This document shows positions 17,376 to 26,843 of a stretch of DNA of 53,890 bases, in pieces. The notes beneath the pieces are model-generated. The model was not told the origin of the DNA, made no database searches, and saw only the letters and a list, made by a program, of their open reading frames with translations. Source of the DNA: Elusimicrobiota bacterium (lineage in GTDB: Bacteria > Elusimicrobiota > Elusimicrobia > UBA1565); the NCBI GenBank assembly GCA_043819795.1, contig JBDREN010000138.1, positions 1-53,890 on the forward strand, read 5' to 3'. Positions within the stretch are counted from its first letter, which is position 1. Each line of letters opens with the position of its first letter. The position numbers were made by a program, and so were the translations under genes.

Positions 17376-20063
17376 ATGATCCGCACGCTCAGACTCCTGC
17401 TCGTTTTCAGCCTCCTGGCTCCGCCGCCGGCTTGGGCCTCCGGGATCGCGCGCGTGGTTAGCGTGCGGACCTCGGTCAACGCCCCCGCCGCGACCGGAGC
17501 GGCCTCGGCCCCGGCCCTCCGACTGACCCAAGGCCAGGCCCGGACCTCGAATCTTTCCCTGGACTCCGCTCTGCCCGGCGCCAGCTCCGTGAGTCCCACG
17601 GTCTCGGCGGCCAAGCACGGCGCCCCTGCCGCGATGGCGACTCCGGCCGCGGCCAAGGCCGCGCGGCAGGCCCCGGCGGCCAGCGCCGCCGCTCCTTCGG
17701 CCAAGGCGGCCGCTCCCGTCCTCCGAGGCGAAAGCGCCCGCACGAATCTGAGCGCGGCCGCCGACCGGCGCGCCGCGGCACCGGCCTCGGCGGTCCGCCA
17801 CGCGCGCCCCGCCGACGGCTGGAGCTTCAACAGCCTGGGCAAGCTCTTCGACGGCGCGCGGCAGAGCGCGGCCTCCGGCGGCCTGCGGCCGGCCGCCGAG
17901 AACGCGGCCATAGACCACAGCGACGTCCCGACCGATCGCCCGGCCGAGCAGGAGGAGGTCACCTCCGAGATCGCCGCCGAGCCGGAGCCCGATCCGCTCG
18001 ACCTCCGTTTCAGCCGCGCCGCGAAAAAGGACATCATGGGCTCGGACGTATACGCCTCGATCCGCCTTATCAACGGGTCCGGCAGCCAGTGGTATTGGGA
18101 GCAGTTCGCGCCCGACATGCCGCTCCGCGTGCTGGTCGGCGGCAGGATGGCGTTCTTCACGCGCATCACCGGGGCGGAGACGAAGACGATCGCCTCCCTC
18201 ACCCGCAAGGATCTGGAAGGCCACTACTCCCGGGCCATCATCTACGGCACAAAGGGCAGCCAGTACCGGTATTCCGTCCCGCAGCTGCGCAAGCGGATGA
18301 TCCAGGATCTCACCAAACTCTCCGACGGGAAGCCGAACGCCCCGCGCGTGATCGGCTTGAGCACGAAGGTGCGGGTCATGCAGTTCATGCCTTACAAAGA
18401 AGCCCGCCAGCTCCCGGAGAACGAGATCGAGCCGGACATGGAGCCCCGGGTCCGCAAGCCCGTGGACATCCCCGAGTCGCTCGCCGGGCTCAAGCGCTTC
18501 CTACCGAAGGTCGTGCTCGTGGACCTCAAGCTCTTCGAGAAGGATGGAAGCATCCCCTTCGACCTGTTCGAGGATATGGGCAAGCTCATGAAGGCCGGCG
18601 TCTTCTTCGTCTTCCTCTCCGACAGGCCCCAGGACGGCCCGGGCTCGGTCGAGGAGATGATCAAGAAGGGCCTCACGCTCCGCCAGCGCGACGACGTCGT
18701 GCGCTACAAGCTGCTCAGCCTCTCCTACGGCGGCAACAGCCTCTACGAGTACCGCGGAGCTTTCTCCCGGCGCATCAGCGCGCGCCGCTTCCCCAAGGAT
18801 CAGCTCGAGATGCTCGAGCACGCGGCCCTGACCAACGGCGCGGCCAAGTCCCTCGTCTCCGAGGGCTACGAGTTCACCGCCCTTCCCAAGAAGGGCGTGG
18901 CGGCGGCGGACGTGGCCGAGGGCATGAAGCGGACTCTGGCCAAGCTCGGCGTCGGCGAGAGCGAGTACACGCTGAGCATCGGCGAGCGGGGCAAGGACCA
19001 AGCGATCACCTTCCGGCCCACGGACCTGCCCAGCGCCATCCCGCAGCTCATGGAGACTCTGCGGACCCAGAAGAGCCTTTACGTCAACAACAGCGACATG
19101 ATGGTCGTCTCCCGCGACAAGGCGATCCTCGACGCCACCGCGGGCGCGGTCCAGCCGGCGGCCGATGCCCCGAAAGCCCGGGGGGCCGACCTCGTCGAGA
19201 CCTCGCTGGCCGCCATGCTCGGCGCCTACCGGGAGAACGTCCCCGGCGACCTGGCGGCCTCGGCATCGAGCATGGCGTCATTCAAGTACAACAAGGGCGC
19301 GCCCTCAGGAAGCTTCGACTACAAGATCTACATGCTGCTCGGCCACGTCATGCACGCGGCCTTCAACTGGGCCATCTGGGTCTACCGCGACACCGGCGTT
19401 CTGCCGCCGCTCGAGGAGCTGATCGCCAAGTCGCACGAGATCTGGCGGATGGAGGACAACCAGCGCATCAAGCACCTGCTCGACCGCCCCGGCGAGTCCA
19501 CGGCCGGCTACATGGAGGCCATGGAGAAGCGCCTGCGCAGCATGCACGCGGCCACCGCGCACATCCTCGAGCGCTACCCCATCGCGGTCGGCACCGAGCT
19601 CCCGAACCTCTTCGTCCAGCAGCGCTACAAGAAGGGCGAGCGCACCCATCGCGACATCTTCCGCTTCATCTTCGACTTCGTCGTGGCCCGCGAGACCGAG
19701 GAGGGCCTCGAATTGGTGGTGGTGGACTTCAAGAGCGGCCAGACCTCCACCATGCAGACGCTCGCCAAGGACATCCAGGCGCAGCTCTACGACGTACTGG
19801 TCCGCAAGCTGTGGCCGACCCTGTCGGTGCCGTACGGGGCCAACGGCAAGCTCGCGAAGGTGGTCAAGACCGGAGTCTCCTTCATCTACCCGCCCGATGC
19901 CTACACGCCGGAGATCAACGAGTGGGACCGGGTCCGCTACGAGAAATGGCTGCGGAACATGATGAACCGGATCCGCAAGCACAAGGCAGGGCCGCCAGCG
20001 CCCAAAGCGAGGAAAACCGCGGCCGCCAAGAAAGACTCGCAAAACGTAAAGAAAAGCGGGTAA
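17376..20063 (+). CDS. Leader-bearing protein: signal peptide + linker + degenerate HAD-like domain + C-terminal RecB-like PD-(D/E)XK nuclease
   Basis: ASASSMASF, LGHVMH, GTELP, FIFDFV, VVDFKSG, QAQLY motifs in order at about 19250-19800; starts 2 nt after upstream stop. Confidence 0.75.
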   Translation: MIRTLRLLLVFSLLAPPPAWASGIARVVSVRTSVNAPAATGAASAPALRLTQGQARTSNLSLDSALPGASSVSPTVSAAKHGAPAAMATPAAAKAARQAPAASAAAPSAKAAAPVLRGESARTNLSAAADRRAAAPASAVRHARPADGWSFNSLGKLFDGARQSAASGGLRPAAENAAIDHSDVPTDRPAEQEEVTSEIAAEPEPDPLDLRFSRAAKKDIMGSDVYASIRLINGSGSQWYWEQFAPDMPLRVLVGGRMAFFTRITGAETKTIASLTRKDLEGHYSRAIIYGTKGSQYRYSVPQLRKRMIQDLTKLSDGKPNAPRVIGLSTKVRVMQFMPYKEARQLPENEIEPDMEPRVRKPVDIPESLAGLKRFLPKVVLVDLKLFEKDGSIPFDLFEDMGKLMKAGVFFVFLSDRPQDGPGSVEEMIKKGLTLRQRDDVVRYKLLSLSYGGNSLYEYRGAFSRRISARRFPKDQLEMLEHAALTNGAAKSLVSEGYEFTALPKKGVAAADVAEGMKRTLAKLGVGESEYTLSIGERGKDQAITFRPTDLPSAIPQLMETLRTQKSLYVNNSDMMVVSRDKAILDATAGAVQPAADAPKARGADLVETSLAAMLGAYRENVPGDLAASASSMASFKYNKGAPSGSFDYKIYMLLGHVMHAAFNWAIWVYRDTGVLPPLEELIAKSHEIWRMEDNQRIKHLLDRPGESTAGYMEAMEKRLRSMHAATAHILERYPIAVGTELPNLFVQQRYKKGERTHRDIFRFIFDFVVARETEEGLELVVVDFKSGQTSTMQTLAKDIQAQLYDVLVRKLWPTLSVPYGANGKLAKVVKTGVSFIYPPDAYTPEINEWDRVRYEKWLRNMMNRIRKHKAGPPAPKARKTAAAKKDSQNVKKSG

Positions 20064-20208
20064 AAACGAAACCCAGCCGCCCGGTCAGGGCTCACTACGA
20101 ACCCTTAGGACCCACATCCGCATAGGCCAAAATCCTCTCCTGCGCCGCCCCTAGGACCCAACCGCCCCCGAGAGTCGGCGGATATCCTTGTAGGGACGGA
20201 GATTATTG

Positions 20209-22689
20209 ATGGAGAGAACCCCGAAGAGGGCGTCGTCTATATTGAGGGCCATGAGCTCGGCGTTATGCGCCTCGCTCGCTCTCGCTTCGCCGGGCCCGCT
20301 GGCCGCGCGCGCCTTCGCGGGCGCCGTGCTCAGCGGAGCCGGCGCCTCCTCCGGACCCGGGGTATCACCCGTCGTGTCGTCCGTCGCGCCGCTCAAGTCC
20401 GCCCAAAGCGTTTCCGGACCCTCGCTTTCCGCCTCTCTCAGCTCGAACCTGCCCTCAAGGACCGCTCTGCCGGTCCCGGTCGCGCGCTCCCGGCCGGCGG
20501 CCTCCGCCGCGAAAGGCGCCAAGGCCGCCCGGACGATCGCCCACGCGGACCCGGCTTCGGACTCGCCCACGGCGGCCGCGAAGCCCGGTTCTACCCGCCG
20601 CTACGCCGCTGACGGATCCCGCTCCACGCGCCGCGCCGCGCGCGAAGGGTCCTTCCGGACGCTTCAGGACGGTGCCCGCGGGATCGAGCGGGCCCGCACG
20701 TCCGAGGGACGTTTCGCGGCCCTCGGGAATCTTTTCAGCGGGTCGTCGCGCCTCTCACGCGAGGCCTCTCCGCCGCAAGCGGGCGCGGGGCGCCAAGCGC
20801 CCCTCCGGCCCGGCCGCCTCGGGTTGAGCGCTCCGCGAGCCAAAAGCCGCAAGACGGCCGAGCGCCCGGCCACGGAGCGAGGCCCGCCGGCCGCCGCCAC
20901 GAAGGCCATCCTTGAAGAGATCGCCCGCGATCCCCGCGCCGCGGTGCTCATCGACTACGACAACACGCTGACCGAGCGCGGTCCCAACGGCCTCAGCCTC
21001 CCGACCCCGGGCTACATCGTCGACGAGCTGATCAAGACCCTCGAGACGGGGATGCCGGTGGCCATCGTCACCGCGCGCACCTTCGACTTTCAGCCCCCGG
21101 GGGCCACGTTCCCCGGCACGGACACGCCCCTTCCCTACGAGGTCAAGACCAAGCTGATCGACCTCATCCCGGCCGGGCTGCGCCGCAACATGTTCGTCTC
21201 GGCGGACGTGGGCGGCGAGCTGGTCGGCTTCGACGCCGACGGCAACACGGTCCGCCTCGAGGACGGCCGCTGGTCGTCCGAAGAAAAGCGCGCCATCCGA
21301 CGGGGAATGAGGTCAGCCCTCCATCAGACGGGCCTCACCGAGCGGGACGCCACCATCGTCGACAGCATGGCCTCGCAGACCGCGATCGTGTTCAAGGAGA
21401 GCGACGAGCGCGCGGCCGCGTTCGCCAAGACCCTGCAGGACGCCTTCCGGAAGAGCGGGGTGAGCATCGAGGTCCTCCACCACCGGAACTGGGTGTACTT
21501 CAGCAAGTTCACCAAGGAGGACGGCATCCGCGCGGTCTACGCGGCCATGCGGGCCCGCGGGTTCCCGGTGACCCCCGAGAACCTCCTGATCGTGGGCGAT
21601 CAGTTCCGCTCCGAGCCCGGCGTGCCCGAAGGCGGGGACGTGGCGATGGCCAGGCCTTTCCCCGCCTCCCTGATCGTCAGCGTGGGCGAGCCCGGGCAGA
21701 CCATACCGCCCAATGTCCGCCATTTTGGGATGTCCGGCCCCCGGGGCAGCCTGCGGCTCCTCGCGGCCAATAGGAAAGCCTACGCGCGCAAGCATCCCCG
21801 CGAAGTCGCCCCCGACCGAAGCCGACTGATCGCGGCCCTGGCCGGAGCGACCGCGGCGGTCGCCGTTCCCTGGCTCGTCGGACACGCGGCGGTCGCCGCC
21901 TCGGTGGGCAGCGTCGCCTTGGCCGTCATCGGCATCCCTCAGATCGTCAAGAACTTCCGCCACGGGAAGCGGGCCACCCAGGATTTGGCCATCGGCAGCT
22001 ATCTCTTATGGTTCGCGGCGGCGGCCTTCCTTACCCTGACATCGGTCCTGCGAGCCTCGAGCGTCTTCTGGATCGCGGCGAACGTGGCCGGAGTGCTCGA
22101 AAGCTTGGCGATCATCGGCCAGATCAACGCCCACCAGCGCGACCCGGGGACCTGGAGAAAGACCGTTATGACCGTCGGCGGCGTCCTGCTGCCGATGCCG
22201 CTGATCCTTTTCGGCGGCCTGCTGTCGGCCGCTGCCTGGGCTTCGGCGGCGTTCGCCGCGGCCATGGGGCTTCTGCTGGTCCTGAACGTCCCGCAGATCC
22301 GCAAGAACTACCTGCTCTGGCGCTCCGACCGGCTGGCTCCCACAGGGCTCGCCTGGGGCGCTCCGGCGCTCGTCGTTTTCGGCAGCCTGCTCCATCTCAT
22401 TCCCGCCGCGCTGGGAAGCGACGCCTTCTGGATGATCAACAGTCTGATGGCCACGGTCACGGCCGGCACCGTTCTCACGCAGATCTTCCGCCCCGGGCTC
22501 GCGAACGCCCTGCTCAAGCCGGCTATGTCGCTCTCGGACAGGATCCGCGACGCGCTTCGCCCCAAAAAGGGGAACCCGTCGCCCCCGACCGGCGAACCCG
22601 GGCACCCGGTCTTAAGGCCCAGGGCCCCGTGGGTCCAAATCCCCGCATCCGACCCCCAAATGGCCCAACCCCCCGCCCAGGAGGGCTGA
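20209..22689 (+). CDS. Leader-bearing fusion: HAD-IIB-like phosphatase + PQ-loop (SWEET-like) membrane transporter
   Basis: DYDNTL (motif I), VTAR (II), K (III), VGD...GGD (IV), then about 7 hydrophobic helices with IPQIVKN and VPQIRKN. Confidence 0.75.
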   Translation: MERTPKRASSILRAMSSALCASLALASPGPLAARAFAGAVLSGAGASSGPGVSPVVSSVAPLKSAQSVSGPSLSASLSSNLPSRTALPVPVARSRPAASAAKGAKAARTIAHADPASDSPTAAAKPGSTRRYAADGSRSTRRAAREGSFRTLQDGARGIERARTSEGRFAALGNLFSGSSRLSREASPPQAGAGRQAPLRPGRLGLSAPRAKSRKTAERPATERGPPAAATKAILEEIARDPRAAVLIDYDNTLTERGPNGLSLPTPGYIVDELIKTLETGMPVAIVTARTFDFQPPGATFPGTDTPLPYEVKTKLIDLIPAGLRRNMFVSADVGGELVGFDADGNTVRLEDGRWSSEEKRAIRRGMRSALHQTGLTERDATIVDSMASQTAIVFKESDERAAAFAKTLQDAFRKSGVSIEVLHHRNWVYFSKFTKEDGIRAVYAAMRARGFPVTPENLLIVGDQFRSEPGVPEGGDVAMARPFPASLIVSVGEPGQTIPPNVRHFGMSGPRGSLRLLAANRKAYARKHPREVAPDRSRLIAALAGATAAVAVPWLVGHAAVAASVGSVALAVIGIPQIVKNFRHGKRATQDLAIGSYLLWFAAAAFLTLTSVLRASSVFWIAANVAGVLESLAIIGQINAHQRDPGTWRKTVMTVGGVLLPMPLILFGGLLSAAAWASAAFAAAMGLLLVLNVPQIRKNYLLWRSDRLAPTGLAWGAPALVVFGSLLHLIPAALGSDAFWMINSLMATVTAGTVLTQIFRPGLANALLKPAMSLSDRIRDALRPKKGNPSPPTGEPGHPVLRPRAPWVQIPASDPQMAQPPAQEG

Positions 22690-22695
22690 TATACT
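22687..22695 (+). promoter_or_regulatory. Extended -10 element upstream of the MFS gene
   Basis: TGATATACT, no canonical -35. Confidence 0.4.
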
Positions 22696-22714
22696 TTTAT
22701 TAGCGGGGAAATCC

Positions 22715-25150
22715 ATGCCGAAAATGAAGGAAAGGCAAGCATTTCTATTGAGGACCTTGAGTTCTCTGCTTTGCCTTTGCCTCCTGCTGAGCTCCCCCGG
22801 CCCGCTGGCCACCCAAGCCTTCGCCAACATCATAACGCATAGCGGCAAGGTCTCGGCCGGCGTCCAGGTGGCCCCCATTCTACCGACCGTCTCACCGGTC
22901 AACTCGGCGCAGAACCTGTCCGCTCCGGCGCTCTCCATCTCTCTTAAATCGAGCCTGCCCACGACGGCCCTGCCGACCCCGATCGCCAAGTCCCCGGCCG
23001 CGCTCCGAAGCGGCGCGGTCGCGGCCGCCGCGAGGTCCGTTTTCCCGGCAGCAAAGACGGCCGCTCGCGCCGCCGAGACCCCGGCCGCATTGTCCATCCC
23101 CGGATCCCAGGCTCGCACCCCGATATCCGACAAGGCCGCACGTAGCGCGAGCGGCTACGGCGCTCCGGAGAGCGCCCGCGCTCCTCCGGCGGCGCGTCAA
23201 AGCCTCGAGACCGGCGCCCGGAATATTCAACAGGCCGCCACCCATTCAGGACGGTTCTCCTCCCTTCAGGCTCTTTTCACGGGCTCCCGCCGGTCCGGCG
23301 CGCAAGCCGTGCCGGCCGGACAGTCCGGCATCCGGAGCCTCCTGGGACGGATCTCCCGGCCGCTCTCATTGCGCCGGGCGGCGAATCCCGCCGCTCCGGA
23401 GCGGCGGGCCGAGCAAGGCGCCCGCCAGCCCCCAGCCCCCCCCTCGCGAACCGAGAAGGACGACGAGCTCTCGCCCGAGGCGCGGCGCGGGATTCTGGCC
23501 ATGTTCGCCGCGCGCTTCCCCAGCATGCTCGCCTACTCCATCTCGGCGATCTCCTATCCCCTAATCCTGATCGAAGCGGTCGGCAAGGGCGGGATGTACC
23601 AGCTGTTCTCCCTGGGCGGCCTGCTCTCGATCGGGCTGGCCCTGGTGGCGGGCAGGGTCGCGGACCGGATGCCGCTCAAGAAGTACATCGTCTTCAACAC
23701 CGCCCTCCGGGCCGTGCTGAGCTTCGCCACCGCCGGGCTCTACGCCGCGGGCCTGCTCAACTTCGGGACTTTGATGGGGCTGACCATCCTCAACGGCTGG
23801 CAGTTTACGACCCTCTTCATCACCGATCCCGCCATGATGACCGAGCTGGTCGGCGACAACCAGGCCAAGATCCGCTCGACCGAGGCGCTCCTCCGCATCG
23901 CGACCATCTTCGTCACCGTCCTGTCCGGGCTCTTCCTGGGCAAATACGTGGTCGACGCGATGGGTTTCGCTCCGACCTTCGTGATCGTCGGAATCCTTTA
24001 CGCGATCCCGGTCTGGATCCTCGGGAAGTTCTTGCCGGACATCAAGCGAAAGCTGGTCCGGAAGGCGGGGCAGGTCGCCGACAAGCTCAAGAAGCTGCCC
24101 TGGAAGAAGATCGCCCTGAATACTGCCCTGCTGGCCGGAGCCATCGGGATCTACGCCTTCGTCTGGCAGTCCCCCTTCCCGTTCATCGCCGCGGTCCTAT
24201 TCATGCTGTGGCGCTCCGCCATCTTCCAGAACGTCATCAAGAAGCACGGCCTGCTCAAACTCGCGCTCGTCTTCGTGATGCTGACCGCCATCGCCGAGAT
24301 CCCGATGCGCAACGCCGTCCTCGGGGCCCTGGCCGAAGAGACCGTGGGGCAAGCCGGCAAGGCGGCCTTCTTCGGCAATCTCCTGGCCTCCTTCTATATG
24401 GGGCAGCTGGTGACCGGGACCGGCATGCTGAGCCCTTCCATGGAGATCAATATCTCCAAGATAGGCCCATGGAAGCTCAAGTCCCCCATCCGGTTCAACC
24501 TGAAGACGACCTTGAAGTGGGTCGGCGCCGCGGGCCTGGCCGCCTGGAGCTACTTCTACGTCATCCCCAAGGGCTGGCTGGCGTCCGCGGCGGCCTCGGT
24601 GGGATTCACCGCCTTGTCGCCCGCGCTATTGACCGTGATCGGCGGGATCGCGGCGGCGGCGGCCGTATTGAAGCTCTACACGAGCGTGCATAACGCGGTC
24701 CCCAAGGTGAGCCCGCGCGCGTGGATGCGCTGGGAGATCGTGGGCCTGCTCGGCATGAGCATTCCCCTCTTCTTCTGGGGATCGCCGGCGGCGCTGTACT
24801 TGAGCCTGTTCCTCTTCGGCATGCTACATAACGCTACCGCCCGCACGATCAGCGCCACCTACGCGAGCCAAGCCAAGAAACACGCCAGCGACTCGTTCCA
24901 GTACATGATGGGCATCAAGAGTTCCTTCGTCAATATGGCGACCTCCATCGCCTACGCGATCTACGGCCTGGCCAAGACCCTGCCCGAGAAGATCTGGGGG
25001 GACCCCAACGCCTTCCCGTTCACGTGGTACGTCGTGGTGGGGATCTACGCGATCTTCGCGGTGGTCTTCTTCGCCGGCAGCCGCCACATGCCGGGCCGGG
25101 ACAAGAAAGAGGCGGTCAAGTCTTCAGCGGATCAAGCGCGCCGCGCTTGA
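22715..25150 (+). CDS. Leader-bearing MFS-like transporter
   Basis: ~245-aa leader homologous to that of 20209-22689, then >=12 hydrophobic helices with MFS motif A (AGRVADRMPLK). Confidence 0.75.
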   Translation: MPKMKERQAFLLRTLSSLLCLCLLLSSPGPLATQAFANIITHSGKVSAGVQVAPILPTVSPVNSAQNLSAPALSISLKSSLPTTALPTPIAKSPAALRSGAVAAAARSVFPAAKTAARAAETPAALSIPGSQARTPISDKAARSASGYGAPESARAPPAARQSLETGARNIQQAATHSGRFSSLQALFTGSRRSGAQAVPAGQSGIRSLLGRISRPLSLRRAANPAAPERRAEQGARQPPAPPSRTEKDDELSPEARRGILAMFAARFPSMLAYSISAISYPLILIEAVGKGGMYQLFSLGGLLSIGLALVAGRVADRMPLKKYIVFNTALRAVLSFATAGLYAAGLLNFGTLMGLTILNGWQFTTLFITDPAMMTELVGDNQAKIRSTEALLRIATIFVTVLSGLFLGKYVVDAMGFAPTFVIVGILYAIPVWILGKFLPDIKRKLVRKAGQVADKLKKLPWKKIALNTALLAGAIGIYAFVWQSPFPFIAAVLFMLWRSAIFQNVIKKHGLLKLALVFVMLTAIAEIPMRNAVLGALAEETVGQAGKAAFFGNLLASFYMGQLVTGTGMLSPSMEINISKIGPWKLKSPIRFNLKTTLKWVGAAGLAAWSYFYVIPKGWLASAAASVGFTALSPALLTVIGGIAAAAAVLKLYTSVHNAVPKVSPRAWMRWEIVGLLGMSIPLFFWGSPAALYLSLFLFGMLHNATARTISATYASQAKKHASDSFQYMMGIKSSFVNMATSIAYAIYGLAKTLPEKIWGDPNAFPFTWYVVVGIYAIFAVVFFAGSRHMPGRDKKEAVKSSADQARRA

Positions 25151-25278
25151 TCCGCTCACACCTCTCTCTCAACAAGAGGCTCTGTCCGCCGAAGGCGGGC
25201 GACCCCCTCATAACCCAGCGGTGCAAGCGACCGGAAGGTCCCTTCGGGAGTTCCGGCGCTGAAATGACTTAAATCCCA

Positions 25279-25307
25279 TTGACAAGGGGGGACTCCTCGG
25301 TTACACT
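25279..25307 (+). promoter_or_regulatory. Sigma70-type promoter
   Basis: TTGACA-17 nt-TACACT. Confidence 0.7.
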
Positions 25308-25367
25308 AATGACGGCACCCCGCCGAGTAGGCGTCCACCACTACCGGACGCCGGAAGTCCGTATTCC

Positions 25368-26843
25368 TTGATGAGATCAGTCCTCCACCGAGGGCGTTTT
25401 GCGCTCGCGGCGCTCGCGACGGCGATTTGCTTGTCCCGGGCGGCGTCGGCCGCCCCGGCGTTCACGCCGGAGGAACGCGTCCTATTCTCCTCCATGGTCG
25501 TGCAGGCCGTGGTCCCCAGCACCAGCGGCTACCGCATGTACATGACCAGCGACAGCGTCCGGGTGCTCTCGGCCAGCTCGACCGATCAGATCAATTGGAG
25601 TCTCGAGACGGGCATCCGGCTCTCGACGGCTCCCGACCATCTCGACTCCTCGTCGATCACCGCCCTCGGGGTCCTGCCCTCGACGAACTCCGCCGACGGC
25701 TACCGCATGTACTACGTCGCCCTCAGTTCGGGCGGCCTCTACAGCCTGCTGAGCGCGACCTCGACCGACGGCCTGAGCTGGGGCAAGGAGGCGGGATACC
25801 GCCTGAGGGCCAACGGAGGCGCCGGCTTCCTCGACTCCCCACAGCCGCTGAGCGTGAGCGGCACGCTCATGCGGCTGTTCTACGTGGCGGACAACGCCGG
25901 CGGCAACGACCCCTCCAACTACCGCGTGTTCGCGGCGACATCGAGCGACGGGGGCCTCTCCCTCGACGAGACGGGAAGCGTCCTCTCGGCTCAGGCCTAC
26001 CAGGTCTCGGTCACGACCCTGACCGACGGCCGCACGCGCCTGTATTACTCGGCGCCCCTGACCGGCGAGACGACGGCGTCCCAGGTGCTCTCGGCCATCT
26101 CGGACGACGGGGAGACCTTCACCGTGGAGGACGGGGTCCGTCTCTCCACGACATCCTCGCTCGCGGCCCTGACGTATCCCCGGGTCATCCGCACGACCGA
26201 GACGTTCCGGTGGCGCATGTTCTCCAACTACACGCTCTCGGGATCCACGGAGCCCTACGTCTCCAGCGCCCTGACGCTCACCCCTGTCGTGGACTCCCTC
26301 GCCCCGGCCTTGGTCCTCAATTCACAGACGGCCGTCCCGTTCACGCTCTCGGGCGAGATCTTCTCGCCGTCACCGACCGTGACCTTCACGCAGGGCGCCG
26401 CCACGTTCACGGCCACGGGCGTCGCGCGCCCGAGCGACCTCCAGATCACCGGCACGATGGACCCCTCCACTCGATCCACCGGCAACTGGCACGTGGTCGT
26501 GACCAACGCGGACGGCATGGGGGGGCTCCGGTCGAACGGGCTCTACATCGACATCCCGCCGGGCAACGTGACGATCACCGACAACCTCTTCCGGCCGCTC
26601 AGGGGCCAGTCGGCCAAGATCGCGATCGAGATCTTCGAGATCGGCAACGTGACGGTCAGGCTCTACACGGTGGCGGGGGGGCTGGTCGCCACCCTGTACG
26701 ACGGCCCCATGCCCACGGGGACCACCCTGGTCACGTGGGCCGGCACGACCTCGCTCGGCAACACCGTGGCAAGCGGGGTCTATCTCCTGAGCGTGCGCGG
26801 GCCGAAGATCGACACCGTCAAGAAGATCGTGGTGATCAAATGA
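25368..26843 (+). CDS. Secreted beta-propeller protein (Asp-box-like repeats) + Ig/TIG-like domain + FlgD/T9SS type-A-like C-terminal domain
   Basis: Signal peptide; repeats YRMY...SAxSxDG.xW/F; C-terminus W.G....G..VASGVYLL....KKIVVIK. Confidence 0.75.
   Translation: MMRSVLHRGRFALAALATAICLSRAASAAPAFTPEERVLFSSMVVQAVVPSTSGYRMYMTSDSVRVLSASSTDQINWSLETGIRLSTAPDHLDSSSITALGVLPSTNSADGYRMYYVALSSGGLYSLLSATSTDGLSWGKEAGYRLRANGGAGFLDSPQPLSVSGTLMRLFYVADNAGGNDPSNYRVFAATSSDGGLSLDETGSVLSAQAYQVSVTTLTDGRTRLYYSAPLTGETTASQVLSAISDDGETFTVEDGVRLSTTSSLAALTYPRVIRTTETFRWRMFSNYTLSGSTEPYVSSALTLTPVVDSLAPALVLNSQTAVPFTLSGEIFSPSPTVTFTQGAATFTATGVARPSDLQITGTMDPSTRSTGNWHVVVTNADGMGGLRSNGLYIDIPPGNVTITDNLFRPLRGQSAKIAIEIFEIGNVTVRLYTVAGGLVATLYDGPMPTGTTLVTWAGTTSLGNTVASGVYLLSVRGPKIDTVKKIVVIK

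Noticed and set aside
19250..19980. Cas4 or AddB/RecB repair subunit
   Set aside because: No Fe-S cysteines, no helicase domain or partner, no cas context; only the generic PD-(D/E)XK motifs are supported.
18089..20125. 678-aa alternative-frame ORF and other long antisense ORFs (e.g. 49654-51657, 52151-53788, 47477-49009, 9586-11037)
   Set aside because: Typical high-GC shadow frames overlapping well-supported genes, with no recognisable motifs.
25427..26839. N-terminal 471 aa of the 788-aa ORF 25427-27793
   Set aside because: Off-frame shadow of 25368-26843; the real gene starts at ATG 26840 with its own signal peptide.
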